NCBI GenBank assembly: GCA_010093605.1
Contig: MU004195.1
Span: 1,379,566-1,443,565, forward strand
DNA: 64,000 nt
Source: Lophium mytilinum
Lineage: Eukaryota
Reading direction: 5' to 3'
The position numbers and the translations under genes were made by a program. Below the pieces are notes generated by a model, which was given only the letters and a program-made list of their open reading frames with translations, made no database searches and had not been told where the DNA came from. Of this stretch, positions 1-12,282 are shown piece by piece; position 1 is the stretch's first letter; the number at the start of each line of letters is the position of its first letter.

Positions 1-326
1 TTGCCGCGGTCGTTGGTGTCCGGGCGAGAACGCTTAGCCGGAGGCTCTGCCATGTGTCCTGCTCCCACTGCTTTGGCTGGAGCGGAGGGTGGCGGAGTGA
101 GGTCTGCGGCTTTGCGCTTGCCGAGATTCGAAGCCAGGGCGTTGGTATCTTGGGGTTTCTCGTAGGGCGGGGTGGGCAGTCCAGCTGGCTCAGAGGGAAG
201 CTGCTTCGAATCCGTAGACTCCGGAGGGCTGGTTTCTGCTGCAGTAGTAGTTGAAGAGCTGCTCTTAGTTTTGACAGGAATGATGAAGCTGTCTGTCGTC
301 AGCTTGATGAGCGCTTTGCGAGCCAT
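1..326 (-). CDS. 5' part of a hypothetical, probably nuclear protein; runs off the window edge
   Basis: ATG at 326 opens a stop-free frame to position 1: MARKALIKLTTDSFIIPVKTKSSS...LGKRKAADLTPPP...EPPAKRSRPD. Ser/Pro-rich with NLS-like KRK and PPAKRSR. Not in the supplied ORF track. Confidence 0.6.
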   Translation of the reverse strand, partial: MARKALIKLTTDSFIIPVKTKSSSSTTTAAETSPPESTDSKQLPSEPAGLPTPPYEKPQDTNALASNLGKRKAADLTPPPSAPAKAVGAGHMAEPPAKRSRPDTNDRG

Positions 327-667
327 GCTTGCAAGCGAGCACGTGAGTGCGTGGGGGTGAGTAGATATGCTGTTAGTGTCTGCAATTTCCACAAGAGCAC
401 GCTCACAATAGTGAATTGGAGTCGTGATCAGTGTGGTGAGTGTAGTTGGCAGGTTTCGAAGTGAGAGCAGCGGTCGAGAAGTGTTTATTTAAGCTCGTCG
501 TGACATTTGGAAGGTGCAGTAAAGTCTTGGCATGTCTTGGCAAATTCATCGTGACTATGTTTGCCCTTGTGTACACGCACACGCCGGTGTCAGAAGGGCC
601 TAGCGAGCCTACGTATCGTTCAGAGTGAATATGATCCTGCACTAGACTTGGTTTCCTCCCCTTCACC

Positions 668-1660
668 TCAGATCTCATCTTCCTCTTCATCAAAATCGTC
701 CTCTTCTCCCATGTCGTACAGGATCCGTCCACCCTCACCACCCTCACCTTTCTGAGCATCAAAGTATGGAAGCACGACTCCTTCTCGATCCCTCCTCTGC
801 TTTTCAGTGAGCCCTAGATTGAACGTCGAGTCCATGCCAACTTCGTCGATACCGTTCCAGCCCTCATTCGCCGGACTTTGTCGATAGAGCGGGTGATCAT
901 CGAGCAGAATGGCTATCTCCTTTCCCTTGGAGACCTGTGAAGTGGCATTAGAGTGCACTAATGATGGCAAGAAGTACCACTCATGGACACCCCGCCCCGA
1001 TTTGCGCCTATACTCCATTTCCAGTACCACTCCTCTGGGATCGTTGCTCCCCATTCCCTGTACGATCCCTTCAACCTCCTCTGCCAGTCCGAACACAGGT
1101 TCCGCAAGGCTACGACCTCTTGCGGACTTTTGCGCGAGAACATGGTGGAGTGAATGTGTCGAGAAGATCGCAGTTGAGAGGTACTTCAACAGGGTGAGTG
1201 GATGAGGACTATGTGATGACTCAAGAGGACGTGACAAAGGGATATCTTGATGATATACGGCTAGCAATGGCGTGTTTGGAGAGATCAGGGATGATAGAAA
1301 TGATGAGAGATTCAAAGATGAGTCTCCAGCGATCCAATTCAACGTGTCGAAGACTAAGAGGTTTTTGCCTTCCGACGCCGCGGTAGCTATCTCCTTCTGG
1401 AGAGTTGGAAATGGCTTCCTGGTGGCCTGGATGAAGATGTCCACGCCCTCGGGTGCTTTTAGAGTCTCATAGGACACGAACAGAACTTTGGTCTTTGAGA
1501 GTTTGGCTCTCCGGACATACTCTTTGACAAACGGCTTTGCAGACTGCTCTAGGGAATCGATGACCAAAGTAAAAGGTGACGAGGCATCCCGCTGATTGAG
1601 AAGCTTTGAGATCAGTAGAAGATTGTGCGAGCGTCTTTGCTCCAACTGGGCTGGAGCCAT
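668..1660 (-). CDS. ELP5: Elongator complex subunit 5 (Elp5/Iki1)
   Basis: Intronless 330-aa ORF. N-terminal SPFTLVIDSLEQSA, internal EYRRKSGR, and C-terminal TFNLGLTEKQRRDREGVVLPYFDAQ...ILYDMGEEDDFDEEEDEI, as in fungal Elp5. Confidence 0.9.
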   Translation of the reverse strand: MAPAQLEQRRSHNLLLISKLLNQRDASSPFTLVIDSLEQSAKPFVKEYVRRAKLSKTKVLFVSYETLKAPEGVDIFIQATRKPFPTLQKEIATAASEGKNLLVFDTLNWIAGDSSLNLSSFLSSLISPNTPLLAVYHQDIPLSRPLESSHSPHPLTLLKYLSTAIFSTHSLHHVLAQKSARGRSLAEPVFGLAEEVEGIVQGMGSNDPRGVVLEMEYRRKSGRGVHEWYFLPSLVHSNATSQVSKGKEIAILLDDHPLYRQSPANEGWNGIDEVGMDSTFNLGLTEKQRRDREGVVLPYFDAQKGEGGEGGRILYDMGEEDDFDEEEDEI

Positions 1661-1867
1661 CTTGGCCTGCGCGCAGATAGTCTCCTTTCAAGGCTAGGAC
1701 CACAGTCAAGAGGTCACGATTGCGGATCCAGGTGTCGTTGATGAACGGGTGTTGCTTTGTCGTCTGAAATCTGCACAAGGATAGTGCGGCTCTAAACCTA
1801 CCTAGCCGGTGATAGGCAGTTGGTAAATCCAGGGTCCAAAGACCAGCCTCATTCATTCCTTACCACC

Positions 1868-1936
1868 ATGGCCCAGCTCGCAGAACTCTCCCCAGCTCGG
1901 ATGATGATGCTTCACCTCCAGCTCCCCCGAACATGA
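1868..1936 (+). promoter_or_regulatory. Upstream ORF (22 aa) whose stop overlaps the SDR start codon (ATGA)
   Basis: CACCATGG at 1864-1871; MAQLAELSPARMMMLHLQLPRT; TGA at 1934-1936 overlaps ATG at 1933-1935. Confidence 0.5.
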
Positions 1937-3340
1937 CGCCTCCTCAATCGGCCACTGTCTCCTCGAAACCCCAGCGCCCGCGCTCTCCCAAATTCCCACC
2001 CCACAACGCGCCCCGCGTCTGGTTTATTACGACGGGCACCTCGCCCATTGCGATTGCTCTCGCTCGTCAAGTACTCGAACACGGAGACTATGTGGTTGCC
2101 GGGGTACTGCCTATCGAGTTTGAGAAGCATGAGGAGCGGAGCGAGGAGTTTCGTGACTTCCTGGAAGACGTGAAGCGTACGGAGCGGTGGAAAGAAAGAC
2201 TACGTGTTGTAGGACTGGATGGAAGGTAAGGCCTGGGATAAGACCAACGGCATATTGCAGGGTAGAAAAGGCACTGATGACAGAGAGTAGGTCAGTTGGA
2301 CAATGCCAGGCCGCAATTGCAGAAGCAATTGAAGCATTTGGGAGAGTGGACGTTTTGCTCGGTTGTACGAGCGAAGGTATGTATTTCTATCTAGTTTCTA
2401 TAGCTCCAAAGTTCATACCATCTCTTAGCCTTACTGGTGCTTCTTTACTGACTAGCATCTTTGTTCTATAGCGGTGGTCGGCACTGTTGAGGAGCTTGCC
2501 CAGTCCCCTCGTACCATTAGTCTCGTCCAAGAGCAATTTGAAACAAACTTCTTTGCGAACGTCAATGTCATCAAAGCCGTTCTACCGAATATGCGACAAA
2601 TGCGGAATGGCCATGTCATAATGGTGACGGGAATCAGTCAGTTCTCTGAACTCCCCTTATACAGCTCTTCGACTAAAGCATCATATAGCTGCCCATCTCG
2701 GCACACCAGGTCTTGGGATGTACTGTTCCTCTCAATGGGCTATAGAAGGATACTGTGATGTAAGTCTTTGCCCATAAACCCATCAGGAAACTGCCCAGCT
2801 AAGTCAATCCAGAGTCTCGCCTACGAAATCGCCCCCTTCAACATCAAAATGTCCATCGTCCAGCCAAACATGGAAGTCAACGTCCTAACAAACCGCATCA
2901 CCTCCGTCCCCCCTCTCCCACAGTACTCACCAGACATCAACCCCGCGCCGCTCGCCCGCGAAATCCTCTCCGGCATCCTCGACAAGATCGACCTGAGCAA
3001 CCACCCCTACCCCGAGATGTCGCCAGGCACAGAAAAATCCCCTGCCAGCGCCGACATGGACGTCCACATGCCGTACACAGGCGATCTTCTGAGTTCTCCG
3101 CAGGTCACGTCTCTATATCCGCCGCTGTCGCAGACCTTCAAGGCCGCCTTGATTGCGGAGACTGTGCACGCTCTCACCGCAATCGGCGGCCATGACAACC
3201 CCCCGGCACGGCATATTGTTGGGTTTGAGGGCGTCACGAGTGTGAAGGAGAAGCTGAAGACGGTGAGTGAGGAGTTGGAGGATTTCATTGAAGTCAGCGG
3301 TGCGGTCGATATCCGTAAAGGGGAGGACACCACGATCTGA
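1933..3340 (+). CDS. Atypical short-chain dehydrogenase/reductase-family protein, 380 aa, 5 exons
   Basis: Exons 1933-2225, 2291-2376, 2472-2636, 2689-2759, 2813-3340. Motifs PRVWFIT, FGRVDVL, QFETNFF, GHVIMV, MYCSSQWAIEG, SLAYEIAPFNIK, PPARHIVG follow the SDR fold. Confidence 0.85.
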
Positions 3341-3799
3341 ATCCGGAGCGCGCTCGCCATGTCATTGGGGTCGCTGCTTGTTGTGACGGATTGGAGCTGC
3401 GGCGTAGTTTTGTGTGGGTTTTCACGGCATTCGTAGTCTATGACGCTAATTGGATTTATTTAATGATGTATACCTACTGTTGCTCAAATCCTTGCAAGAG
3501 GATTTGTAGCCGCGCAACTTGATGGATCTAAGACTGTGGTTTTTGACGTGTTATGAACCCCTTCTGAGCACGATCACGATGTGAATTGAGCTTGACACGC
3601 CCTCCAAAAGCGTTAGTCCCGGTGATACACGCAATCAGCAAGTCAGACGACTGGGGACTGTAAGTCAAGCAAGAAGTAGGTGCATCAATAGTAAACGGGG
3701 GTACACACTTAGTGGCCCCTTCATTCAATGCTATCCAGATGTGCCTAGTCATATCCAAGCCGCTCATATAACAAGCTCTTGCCCCAAGTGCACCAATCA

Positions 3800-6700
3800 T
3801 CAAATCGGGCTGGCCGGTCGGTCCGCCCACAGCGAGTGATAATAACTCGCAAGATCATTGAGCTCGTCGCCCAAAGTCGCGTCCTTGCCTTCTTCATCCG
3901 CTGCTAAGCTCAAAGCCTCCATGCCTTTCCCATTCCAAGCTGCCCGCTCAGTATTCCTTCCTTGCCGAAGTGGTTCATAACCCAACACTCCGATGTCCCA
4001 TCGCCGATCACATTTCAAGCACCTTAACATGTTGGTCTCGTTAGCGACCACAGCAGGACCCCCACAGTGCAGGCAGTCGAAGTTGCATCTTTCACAGAGA
4101 GCGTCTGTCCCGTCGTCGATACTTGGCCGCGCAGGACGCCCGCAATGCGAGCATTTTGATTTCCCGGGGACGACGGCGACACTCGAGCCTGCTTTCCACG
4201 CCTCGCGAAGCGAATCTGGAATGCGATCTTTGCTCCGGCCCGAGTCTCCGGCTTCTTCGAACGTCAGCTTGGCGATGGAGTCAACGCAAGCAGCAATGTC
4301 GCACTGCGGTGCACCGGGTCGTAATCTCATCTTCCGCTGGAAGGCGTAAGATTGTTCGCGGAGTGCGGCGGCGGCTTCTGATGTATCGTAAGGACCAGAA
4401 TACTCAGTGCCTTGAACCGCCTGACGAATTGGGAGACCACCGAGAGGGACGATGGCCATTTGGCCAGTATGAATGAGATCATTTGCGATGGATACACCGG
4501 AGGCAGGATCCACTGTCATCTTACGCGATGATGTAGTTGATGGTTCGTTCGCGGGAATGAGTCGAAGTAACTCTACGTCTTTCGCAGAATCATCCTCTCG
4601 ACCAAGCTCGAGCACGTTCACAGAGCCATTCACCTCCCCGATAAGCAGGCTCGTCTTGTCTGGGCTGAAAGCGGCAGACATAACGCCAGAGTTCAGAGTG
4701 ACTAGATCACTGACAAAAACGTCCTCTGAAGCATGCGTTATGTCCCAGGACTTCACCACTCCGTCCGAAGAACCTGTGTAAAGGCGCCTTGAGTTATCAC
4801 CCCACGCACAGAATCGAACTCCTGTATCTAGCAGTTCGCGAGGCTGATTCCCGTCTAGTGGCATCAGCGGCTCGCCATGGGAAAGGGTGTAGATCCAGCA
4901 ATCCGGCCGGCGGATATCCCAGACATAAGTGTTGCCGTTCGTGCATCCCGCCGCGAGGTATACGTCGTCGTAGGGACAGTAGATAACGTCATTCATGTCT
5001 CGCGCTGGGCACTCAAGTTCCATAAAAGTTGAGTACTTAGTTCGTAAGTCGTACAAGCGGACGACTGAGTTAGCTTGTCTGTTAGCATTGGACCCGGCGA
5101 CGCACCCCACGGCGAAAAGGCCCCCTTCTTGCTGTCTAGGATTGAAAGCTAGGTCGAATACGTTGCGATTGCCTCCATAGACATCAAGTCTCTGTTCGGT
5201 CGAAATATCCCAAAGGCAGATCTCGCCAATGGTGTCTAAGCCGTCCTCCTTGGTATTGGCGCCGAAGCCTGCCAGTAGGAGGTTGCCATACGTAGGTTCA
5301 AACTTTAGTGCTCTTGGCATAATCCTTAAATCTTGCCGCTGGAATGCTTTCTGGGATCCAAACGAGACAGGTTTCTTCTCGGAATCGAGACTAAGCACCT
5401 TTATAGGGTTTTTGTCACGTTGACTAGCTGTGGCAAGAAATCCGTCCTTGCTAGTTGCGATCATGTCGATAGGCGCTTTGTGATTTAAGGAATGGGAAAG
5501 ATCGAATTTGCGGTTGTCATCTCTAGACTTGTAAACACGGACGACATTGTCGTATCCTGCTGAGAACATGTAACGGCCGTCGTAAGAAAATTCTACCATA
5601 GATATAGTAGTGAACAAGCGAGGGTCCTGTGAAACGTGCATAGAATGCCGTGAATTCACACCGCTCTCGGCTCGCGGTCGTGTGACGTGGTGATCCGGGA
5701 TCTCTCGAAGAGTCTTGGTCAAAGTGTCTCCGATTAAGAGATTATTGGGTCTATTGTACTGCATGCTATCAGCATCCACTACACAGGCTGCACCGGCGGC
5801 GAAACGCTGCCCATCCGGATGCCACGCAACGCTGAGAACGTCGTTACTCATTCCAGTAAAGCTGTAGGCGGGACCAAATGTGTCAAACGTTCGTTGCCGG
5901 ATATCGTTGGAGCCAGGTTTGTGATATGTGGCCCAGCGTTGTCTAGAATCTGCGCCTAACTCGCGTTGCCGAAGCAAAGACGACATTGAACTTCGGATTC
6001 GTTGTGGTATAATAGTTCCCACTCGTTCAATATGGGAGAAGGGTTCTAGGTGCCCATCCGCAGCGTCCTTGAGAAACGCTTCTACGCTCCGACGGCTTCT
6101 AGTTGCCAGTCGACGGCCCCGCCTGGCTTCCCATGATATCTGGTACAGCTTGTTATCTGGGATGTCCACCAGCATCTGATGGATCCTTTTGCGAATTGAG
6201 ACCGATTCTGGCACGTGTAAGCCAAGGACTTTGATTATGGCCTTCTCCAACACCTCCATCTCCGCGACCTGGAAATCGACATGTATAATACTGCCTGGCC
6301 AATGACCGAACAATTGAGAATTCCATTCTCCGTTGCTCAATCCTAAGCGTGTGGAACGTCGCTCTATATGGCTGAGATACGGGTACTTTTTCACGTCTCC
6401 GTCTCCTTTTCGTCCGGAAGGCGCTGCAGTGTTAATACCAATGAGTGCAGCCTCTCGGTGATAATCGACCTGGGCGGGTAAACTAATCCCTTCATTGGCG
6501 AAGATATCTTCGGATACTATGTTCTCTGACTCTGAGGGCATCCGACTTGGCCTGCTAGGCGATGCTGATTGAGTATCGTCTGCGGGGGTGGAGAGTTCGG
6601 AGGCGCGTGGAAGTCGCAATCGCTGGTGTACCGCATAATTTACTTCCTGGATGACTCTTCGTGGTCTACCCCTAGGTCTCCCGGTCGGATTATGCTTCAA

Positions 6701-8621
6701 TGTAGACTCAGGCGTGCGTGACGGCATACCACTAACTAGAGAATCCTCCAATTTCCGCGTACTAGCCAAAAGTACTGGCGTATGAGAAGGCGTGCCGCCT
6801 ATGACTGAGTCCTCCGAGCTTAGTATGCCGCCCGTATCCATAGGAGTGGACACCGACTCTGATACATGGTCAACATCGTCTTGACCCGCTGGCATGTAGC
6901 TAGAGGCCATATGGGTGGGTGTGTGATCAACCGTGGCATGAGCAGTGACAAGACCATATTTTGCCGCTAGCTTCTTGGATCTCCGAATGGTCGAATATCT
7001 GGTGGCTAGAGCTCCGGGAGTTCTCAGAGGGAAGGCCTTCGCTAATTCGGGCCAGGGGCTATTTTTAACACTTCTTAGGTAGATTATTCGGCGGTCTTCT
7101 TCCTCAGTCCAAATGAACCCCTTCCCATGCTGATTAGAGGCGCCTGCTCCTTGCAAATCCTCAGGGGAGGAGACATGGAAGGATCTTCTATGATCGTTCT
7201 CTTTTGGCGAAAGGAGGTCATTGACAGCTGCGACAGAAGATTCGCTTGCAAGAGTTAGAATCGGCGGGGCGTATGCATTGGGAGATGTCGCTGGGGGCAC
7301 AGGGGGTTTCGGTCCTGATAATGTTGCACTAACTGCTTTGTCAAGTTTCCCTATCGAAGAGCTTGTAAGCTCATTTGGGCGATAGGGCTGTGTCTGATAA
7401 GGCCTTTCTATCAAACTGTCCTCCTGGTGATGCAGACCTACTTTAGAAAGCATGTTAGAATCTGGAATCGATATCTTGGCAAGGGCAACTTACTATTAGA
7501 TTGTGGGTGTGGCGCCACCGTTCCCTGCTTCCGATCTTGCGCTTTCCTTTTCGGTGACAGCATGGAGGTTCCTAAGTCAAGGGTTCCACGAGGACGTTCG
7601 GCGTCACTAGAGCTTTCATCTTGGCGATCGTCTTCGCAAGTAACAATGTCCGTAGTAAAGGATGTTGAGCTGGGAGGTACTGCTGGCCTCACGATCCCCA
7701 AAGTCTCACGTTGACGCTCTCTGGATTTGTTATTTCGGCGTTCTGACCGTGGCTTGAAGGCTTGCAGAGCGTCTGTTACATTTTCAGAATTCTGAGATTC
7801 TGCGGATGAAAGAGACGCAAAAACAGGCGCAGGTCTTTTCGGGTTCGACTTATGGCGCAGAGGCTCGCTTCTCGGTTCCGATCGAAACCCGGCTGGGGCG
7901 ATATATTCTAAGCCTATCTCACCCATATCTGCTGTGCTCGTAATTATAGCTCTATTTTGACCTTCATCAGGCCCAGCGCCATTCGAGTGGGTTGTCCCGT
8001 ACCCTCCAAAGGCCCTACCACGGCTACGGTCGTCCGTTTGAGGTCTGCCAGGAGCATCCAGCCGATCCTGCGACCTTCCTTTCCGAGAGTGCAGTTTTCG
8101 TCGCTTCTCTGTGTGTGTCTCCCGAGATCCATTCTGTCCGATCGCCTTGAGTTTGTTCGAATCGATTGAACTCTTATGCTTAAGTGTCTTTTTAGACGCA
8201 GGGGCAAAGGTACCTTGCTTCGGAAGTTTAGAGGAAGTTGACGCGGCGTTCGGTGGGTTCGTTGGTGGGTAGGGTGAGAAGGAGCTTCCCGCATGACCTC
8301 CCGTACTAGAGAAAGGATTTGCTGCGTGTGACGGAACCATAGGTGCTGGATGGCTGGCGTTGACGGCCATGGTTTGCACTGGGGAGGGTTTAGGTTTGTG
8401 AGGTGACTTCAGCAACGTTTCGACAGATGGAAGCTCGTCTTCGGAATCTTCGCTGGTATCGAAACCTCCGGTGAGATCTACCACTTCACTGTGACTTCTA
8501 TGAGGCAGTTAGTACATATGGTCGGAATAGGCAGGCTGGCGCAAAGCTTAGAAGCGCGTCGCGCGCGTAAACAGGCTAGTGGATGGTGGATATAAGATGA
8601 GGGGAAATACCTGTATGCCAT
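3800..8621 (-). CDS. Raf1/Dos1/DIM-9-like WD40 protein (putative CUL4-DDB1 adaptor) with Myb-like domain, AT-hook and C-terminal Cys-rich region, ~1551 aa
   Basis: Exons 8621-8611, 8497-7494, 7440-3800. Myb-like WTEEEDRRIIYLR...WPELAKAFPLRTPGALATRY; AT-hook GRPRGRPRR; WD40 region with AAGA...SMQYNRPNNLLIGD, a WDxR box (YVWDIRRP), TGSSDGVVKSWD; several CxxC pairs near the C-terminus. Confidence 0.75.
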
Positions 8622-9779
8622 AGCGCGCTTCTAAGTAGAACGCGTCCATGAGTCTTTCAGTGGCCTTGCCAGCTTTCGGAGGTCCAAGCAGAGGTGAAGA
8701 GGTAGTTTCCAAGGTTGAGGTGGAGAGAGGCAGATGAGGCTGATGGAGGGTGGCTGATACTAGCGCGATTTCTCCCGCCCGCCCGTCACGTGAGAACCCA
8801 TTCACCCCTAGCACATGGATTATAAAGTGTGTGACATCCGGACTTCAGTTATGAGGCGCCCCTACTGAGAGTAGTTAGTACATGATATGGCATTTGATCA
8901 CTGTATTCATTATCTTGCCTGTAGGTACGGAGAGCATCTTCGAGTGGCCTAAAGGATAAAACAACTCACGGTCCACGTTTTGAAACGTCACTGTCAGACT
9001 GTGATGTAAAGATATGGGCAATCTATGTCGAATCTACGCCTTGAAAGTTGTCAGAGAGTCACATCTGCTATTGGAGCGCCCCCAAAGCCCGGAGTTCAAG
9101 CGGCGCGCAAGGACATGGTGTGAAGAATCGTACGGACCGAATCGAGTCTAGAACTACATAGTCAGCAACTCTAGGCATTGCTCTACAGATACTGCCAAAG
9201 CGCCCCTATAGTCTGGAAAAGTTTCTTGATAGGCATATAGAAAATGCAAAACACTCTGTACTATCAGGGTTTTTTTGAGGACCCTAGAAGTCTTGAAAGA
9301 GATTTAACGAGGTACCATTTCCTGATACGATGAATGAGCATACTTGATTCGCCGGATAAGGTAAGAAACATTGCTATGCGAGCGGCATGTACGATGCCCG
9401 TGAGAACCGCCGCAGGGCGATGGAGTACTCTTTGCGCCACATTATCGTGAATCAGTCGTTCGATGTTCGAGATTGTAAAAGCTTACTACTCCCGATATGG
9501 TAACTGTACCCCTGCCGCTAGTGCAGCGGGATGACGAACGGGGCGCTCCTGGGAGTTACCTCCGCAGTGCTCCCTCGCGTTGACAGCACCGTCTGACACC
9601 GGACTTTGTCTAGAGACTTCTTGGATAGCCATCCCCACGCTACTTCAATAACGGCAGCTGGAAGCTGGGAGAGCCAAGAGCCGCAATGCTGGGTGGGTAT
9701 ATAGCGTGAGCCGCCTGTCGCGTGGGTTTGGCGAATACTTTATTTGTACTCCGTCGCTCTTCGTTGCTGGAGGATCAAG

Positions 9780-9869
9780 GTAAATGCTTCTTTCCTTAGC
9801 CTACATGCTATATCATCAAGCCTTCTGCCCAGCGACATCCTCCTAATAACAAGCACACCAATTGACCAG
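9780..9869 (+). other. Probable 5' UTR intron of the permease gene
   Basis: GTAAAT donor at 9780, CTAAT/TTGAC branch candidates, CCAG acceptor at 9869, about 60 nt before the ATG; TATATA near 9698. Confidence 0.5.
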
Positions 9870-9928
9870 GCCTAGAGTCAATTCATCCAAAGTCTTTCTT
9901 CTACGCGATCGTATTCTTATTCGCAACC

Positions 9929-11625
9929 ATGCGGAAGGCATCTTTAACGCCGCGGACTGGCTCCGTCGACGCCCATGCCGATGCCGCCCTAGCAAAGATG
10001 GGCTACACTTCAGAATTGCCGCGTAACTTGTCCATGTTGAGTGTTCTGGGCATGTCCTTCGCCATCATGGCCGTTCCATTCGGCCTCAGCACCACCATGT
10101 ATATCACCCTGACCGACGGCCAATCCGTGACCATTCTGTGGGGATGGGTACTGGTTTCGCTCATATCCCTTGCCATTGCGGCGTCGCTGGCTGAGATTTG
10201 TGCTGTCTATCCTACAGCAGGCGGTGTCTACTATTGGTCGGCTATGCTCTCCACCCGGAAATATGCGCCCGTTGCCAGCTGGATCACTGGATGGCTCACT
10301 CTTGTGGGGAACTGGACCGTCACACTATCTATTAACTTCAGCGGAGGTCAGCTGATTCTTAGCGCGATCACGCTCTGGCGCGAAGATTTCGTGGCCAATC
10401 AATATCAGACGATTCTGATGTTCTGGGCAGTCATGCTGGTGTGCATGGCAGTCAATATCTTTGGAGCAAAGTACCTGGACTTGATCAACAAAATATGCAT
10501 CTACTGGACGAGCGGGAGTGTGATCATCATCCTGATTACACTCTTGAGTATGGCAGACCACAAGAGGAGTGGAGAATTTGTGTTCGCGCACTACGATGCT
10601 TCAGCAAGTGGATGGTAAGCTAAAATTTTATCTTCTGGAGATTTTGAGAATATTTTTTGTTTGCTAATCAACCCCATGACAGGCCTTCTGGCTGGGCCTT
10701 CTTCGTCGGGCTTCTACAAGCTGCGTACACACTGACTGGGTACGGAATGGTCGCATCTATGTGCGAAGAAGTCCAAAACCCACAGAGGGAAGTACCAAAA
10801 GCCATCGTCCTTTCCGTTGCCGCCGCTGGAGTCACCGGCGTCATCTACCTCATCCCTATCCTTTTCGTTCTCCCAGACGTCCAAATGCTCCTCGATGTCG
10901 GCAACGGCCAGCCAATTGGCCTACTCTTCAAAACCGTGACCGGATCCGCAGGAGGCGGGTTTGGACTTCTCTTTCTCATACTCGGTATCCTCTTCTTCGC
11001 AGGCATCGGAGCTCTGACCGCTGCCTCACGCTGCACCTACGCCTTCGCTCGAGACGGCGCGATTCCCGGGTCCCGCTTATGGAAACAAGTCGACAAACGC
11101 TTCGACATCCCCCTCTGGGCCCTCGTCCTCTCAACCGCCGTTGACTGCGTCCTCGGCCTCATCTACTTCGGCTCATCCGCCGCCTTCAACAGCTTCACGG
11201 GCGTTGCCACAATCTGCCTCTCCACCTCCTACGGCATGCCCATTCTGATATCCGTCCTCCGCGGTCGCGAAGCCGTGAAAAACAGCACCTTCTCCCTTGG
11301 CAAATTCGGCTACGCCATCAACATCTTCACGCTGTGCTGGATCTGCCTCGCTGTAATTCTGTTCTGTATGCCAGTAAGTCTGCCAGTCGATCCCACCACC
11401 ATGAACTACGCCAGCGTAGTCTTCGCCGGGTTCGCAGCCATCAGTGTCGCGTGGTATTTCATCCGGGGGCGAAAGGAGTTTCACGGCCCGCCGGTGCCGC
11501 AAGACGTCTCCCCTGGGGAAGAGATCCTGGTCCCAGGCGTGGCGGTGACGGACTCGAATCATGAGAGAAATGGGGATTTGGAGCACAAGCTCTCGAATGG
11601 GCATCCAGGGAATGCGAAACTATGA
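9929..11625 (+). CDS. APC-superfamily amino-acid/GABA/choline-type permease, 542 aa
   Basis: Exons 9929-10614 and 10683-11625. LAKMGYTSELPRNLS, SLAEICAVYPTAGGVYYW, MCEEVQNPQREVPKAI, SRCTYAFARDGAIP, MNYASVV; many hydrophobic segments. Confidence 0.92.
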
Positions 11626-12282
11626 GGTGGTGTTCATGTAGGGCTGATACGTGCTGGGGTACTTCAATAGTGTACATAAGCTTCCAAACCTAGAGCGCGC
11701 TGTTCTCAATTTACGCTGTTCAGTTCGCAACATGGTGAGGTCGTTCGCAATCGTTGGGTCGGGAGTGCCCCAGCATACTAACCCGGCTTACCTAAAGTTG
11801 AACGAAGAGAAGGTCTGATATGAAGGCTTCAGATTTCTACATCGTAAGCTCGTTGAGGATGGATAGGCCGGGGGTGCCCTAGTAGGCCGCACATACCTCC
11901 AGGAGAGCAACCTACAAGTCCCGAAACACGCTCGCACATCTTAGCAGTACACAGGTCTAATCTGAAGGGTCAAGAACGTTACATCGTGAGTTCTTCAAAG
12001 TTGATTAGTCCAGGGGGGCTCAAGATTGTGCGTACAGGCCCAAAATAGCACTCTACAAGCGCTAAATCACATGCTCATATCACCGCAGTACCATTATATT
12101 AAAAGAAGTCACATCAGTTCCAGGTAGTCCCATATACGGTCAGACATAGTATCATTCACGCTTCCTGTCTGACTACCTGAATTATCACCAAAAGCAACCA
12201 CTCGAAGCTACCAAAGCTCTCACGAATAGCCACTAACAGTCCCCAAGACACCTACCCCCCAGCCTCCCCCCTCTCCGCAAGC

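Noticed and set aside
11614..11625. C-terminal AKL (PTS1-like) on the amino-acid permease
   Set aside because: PTS1 imports soluble matrix proteins; on a polytopic transporter it is most likely coincidence.
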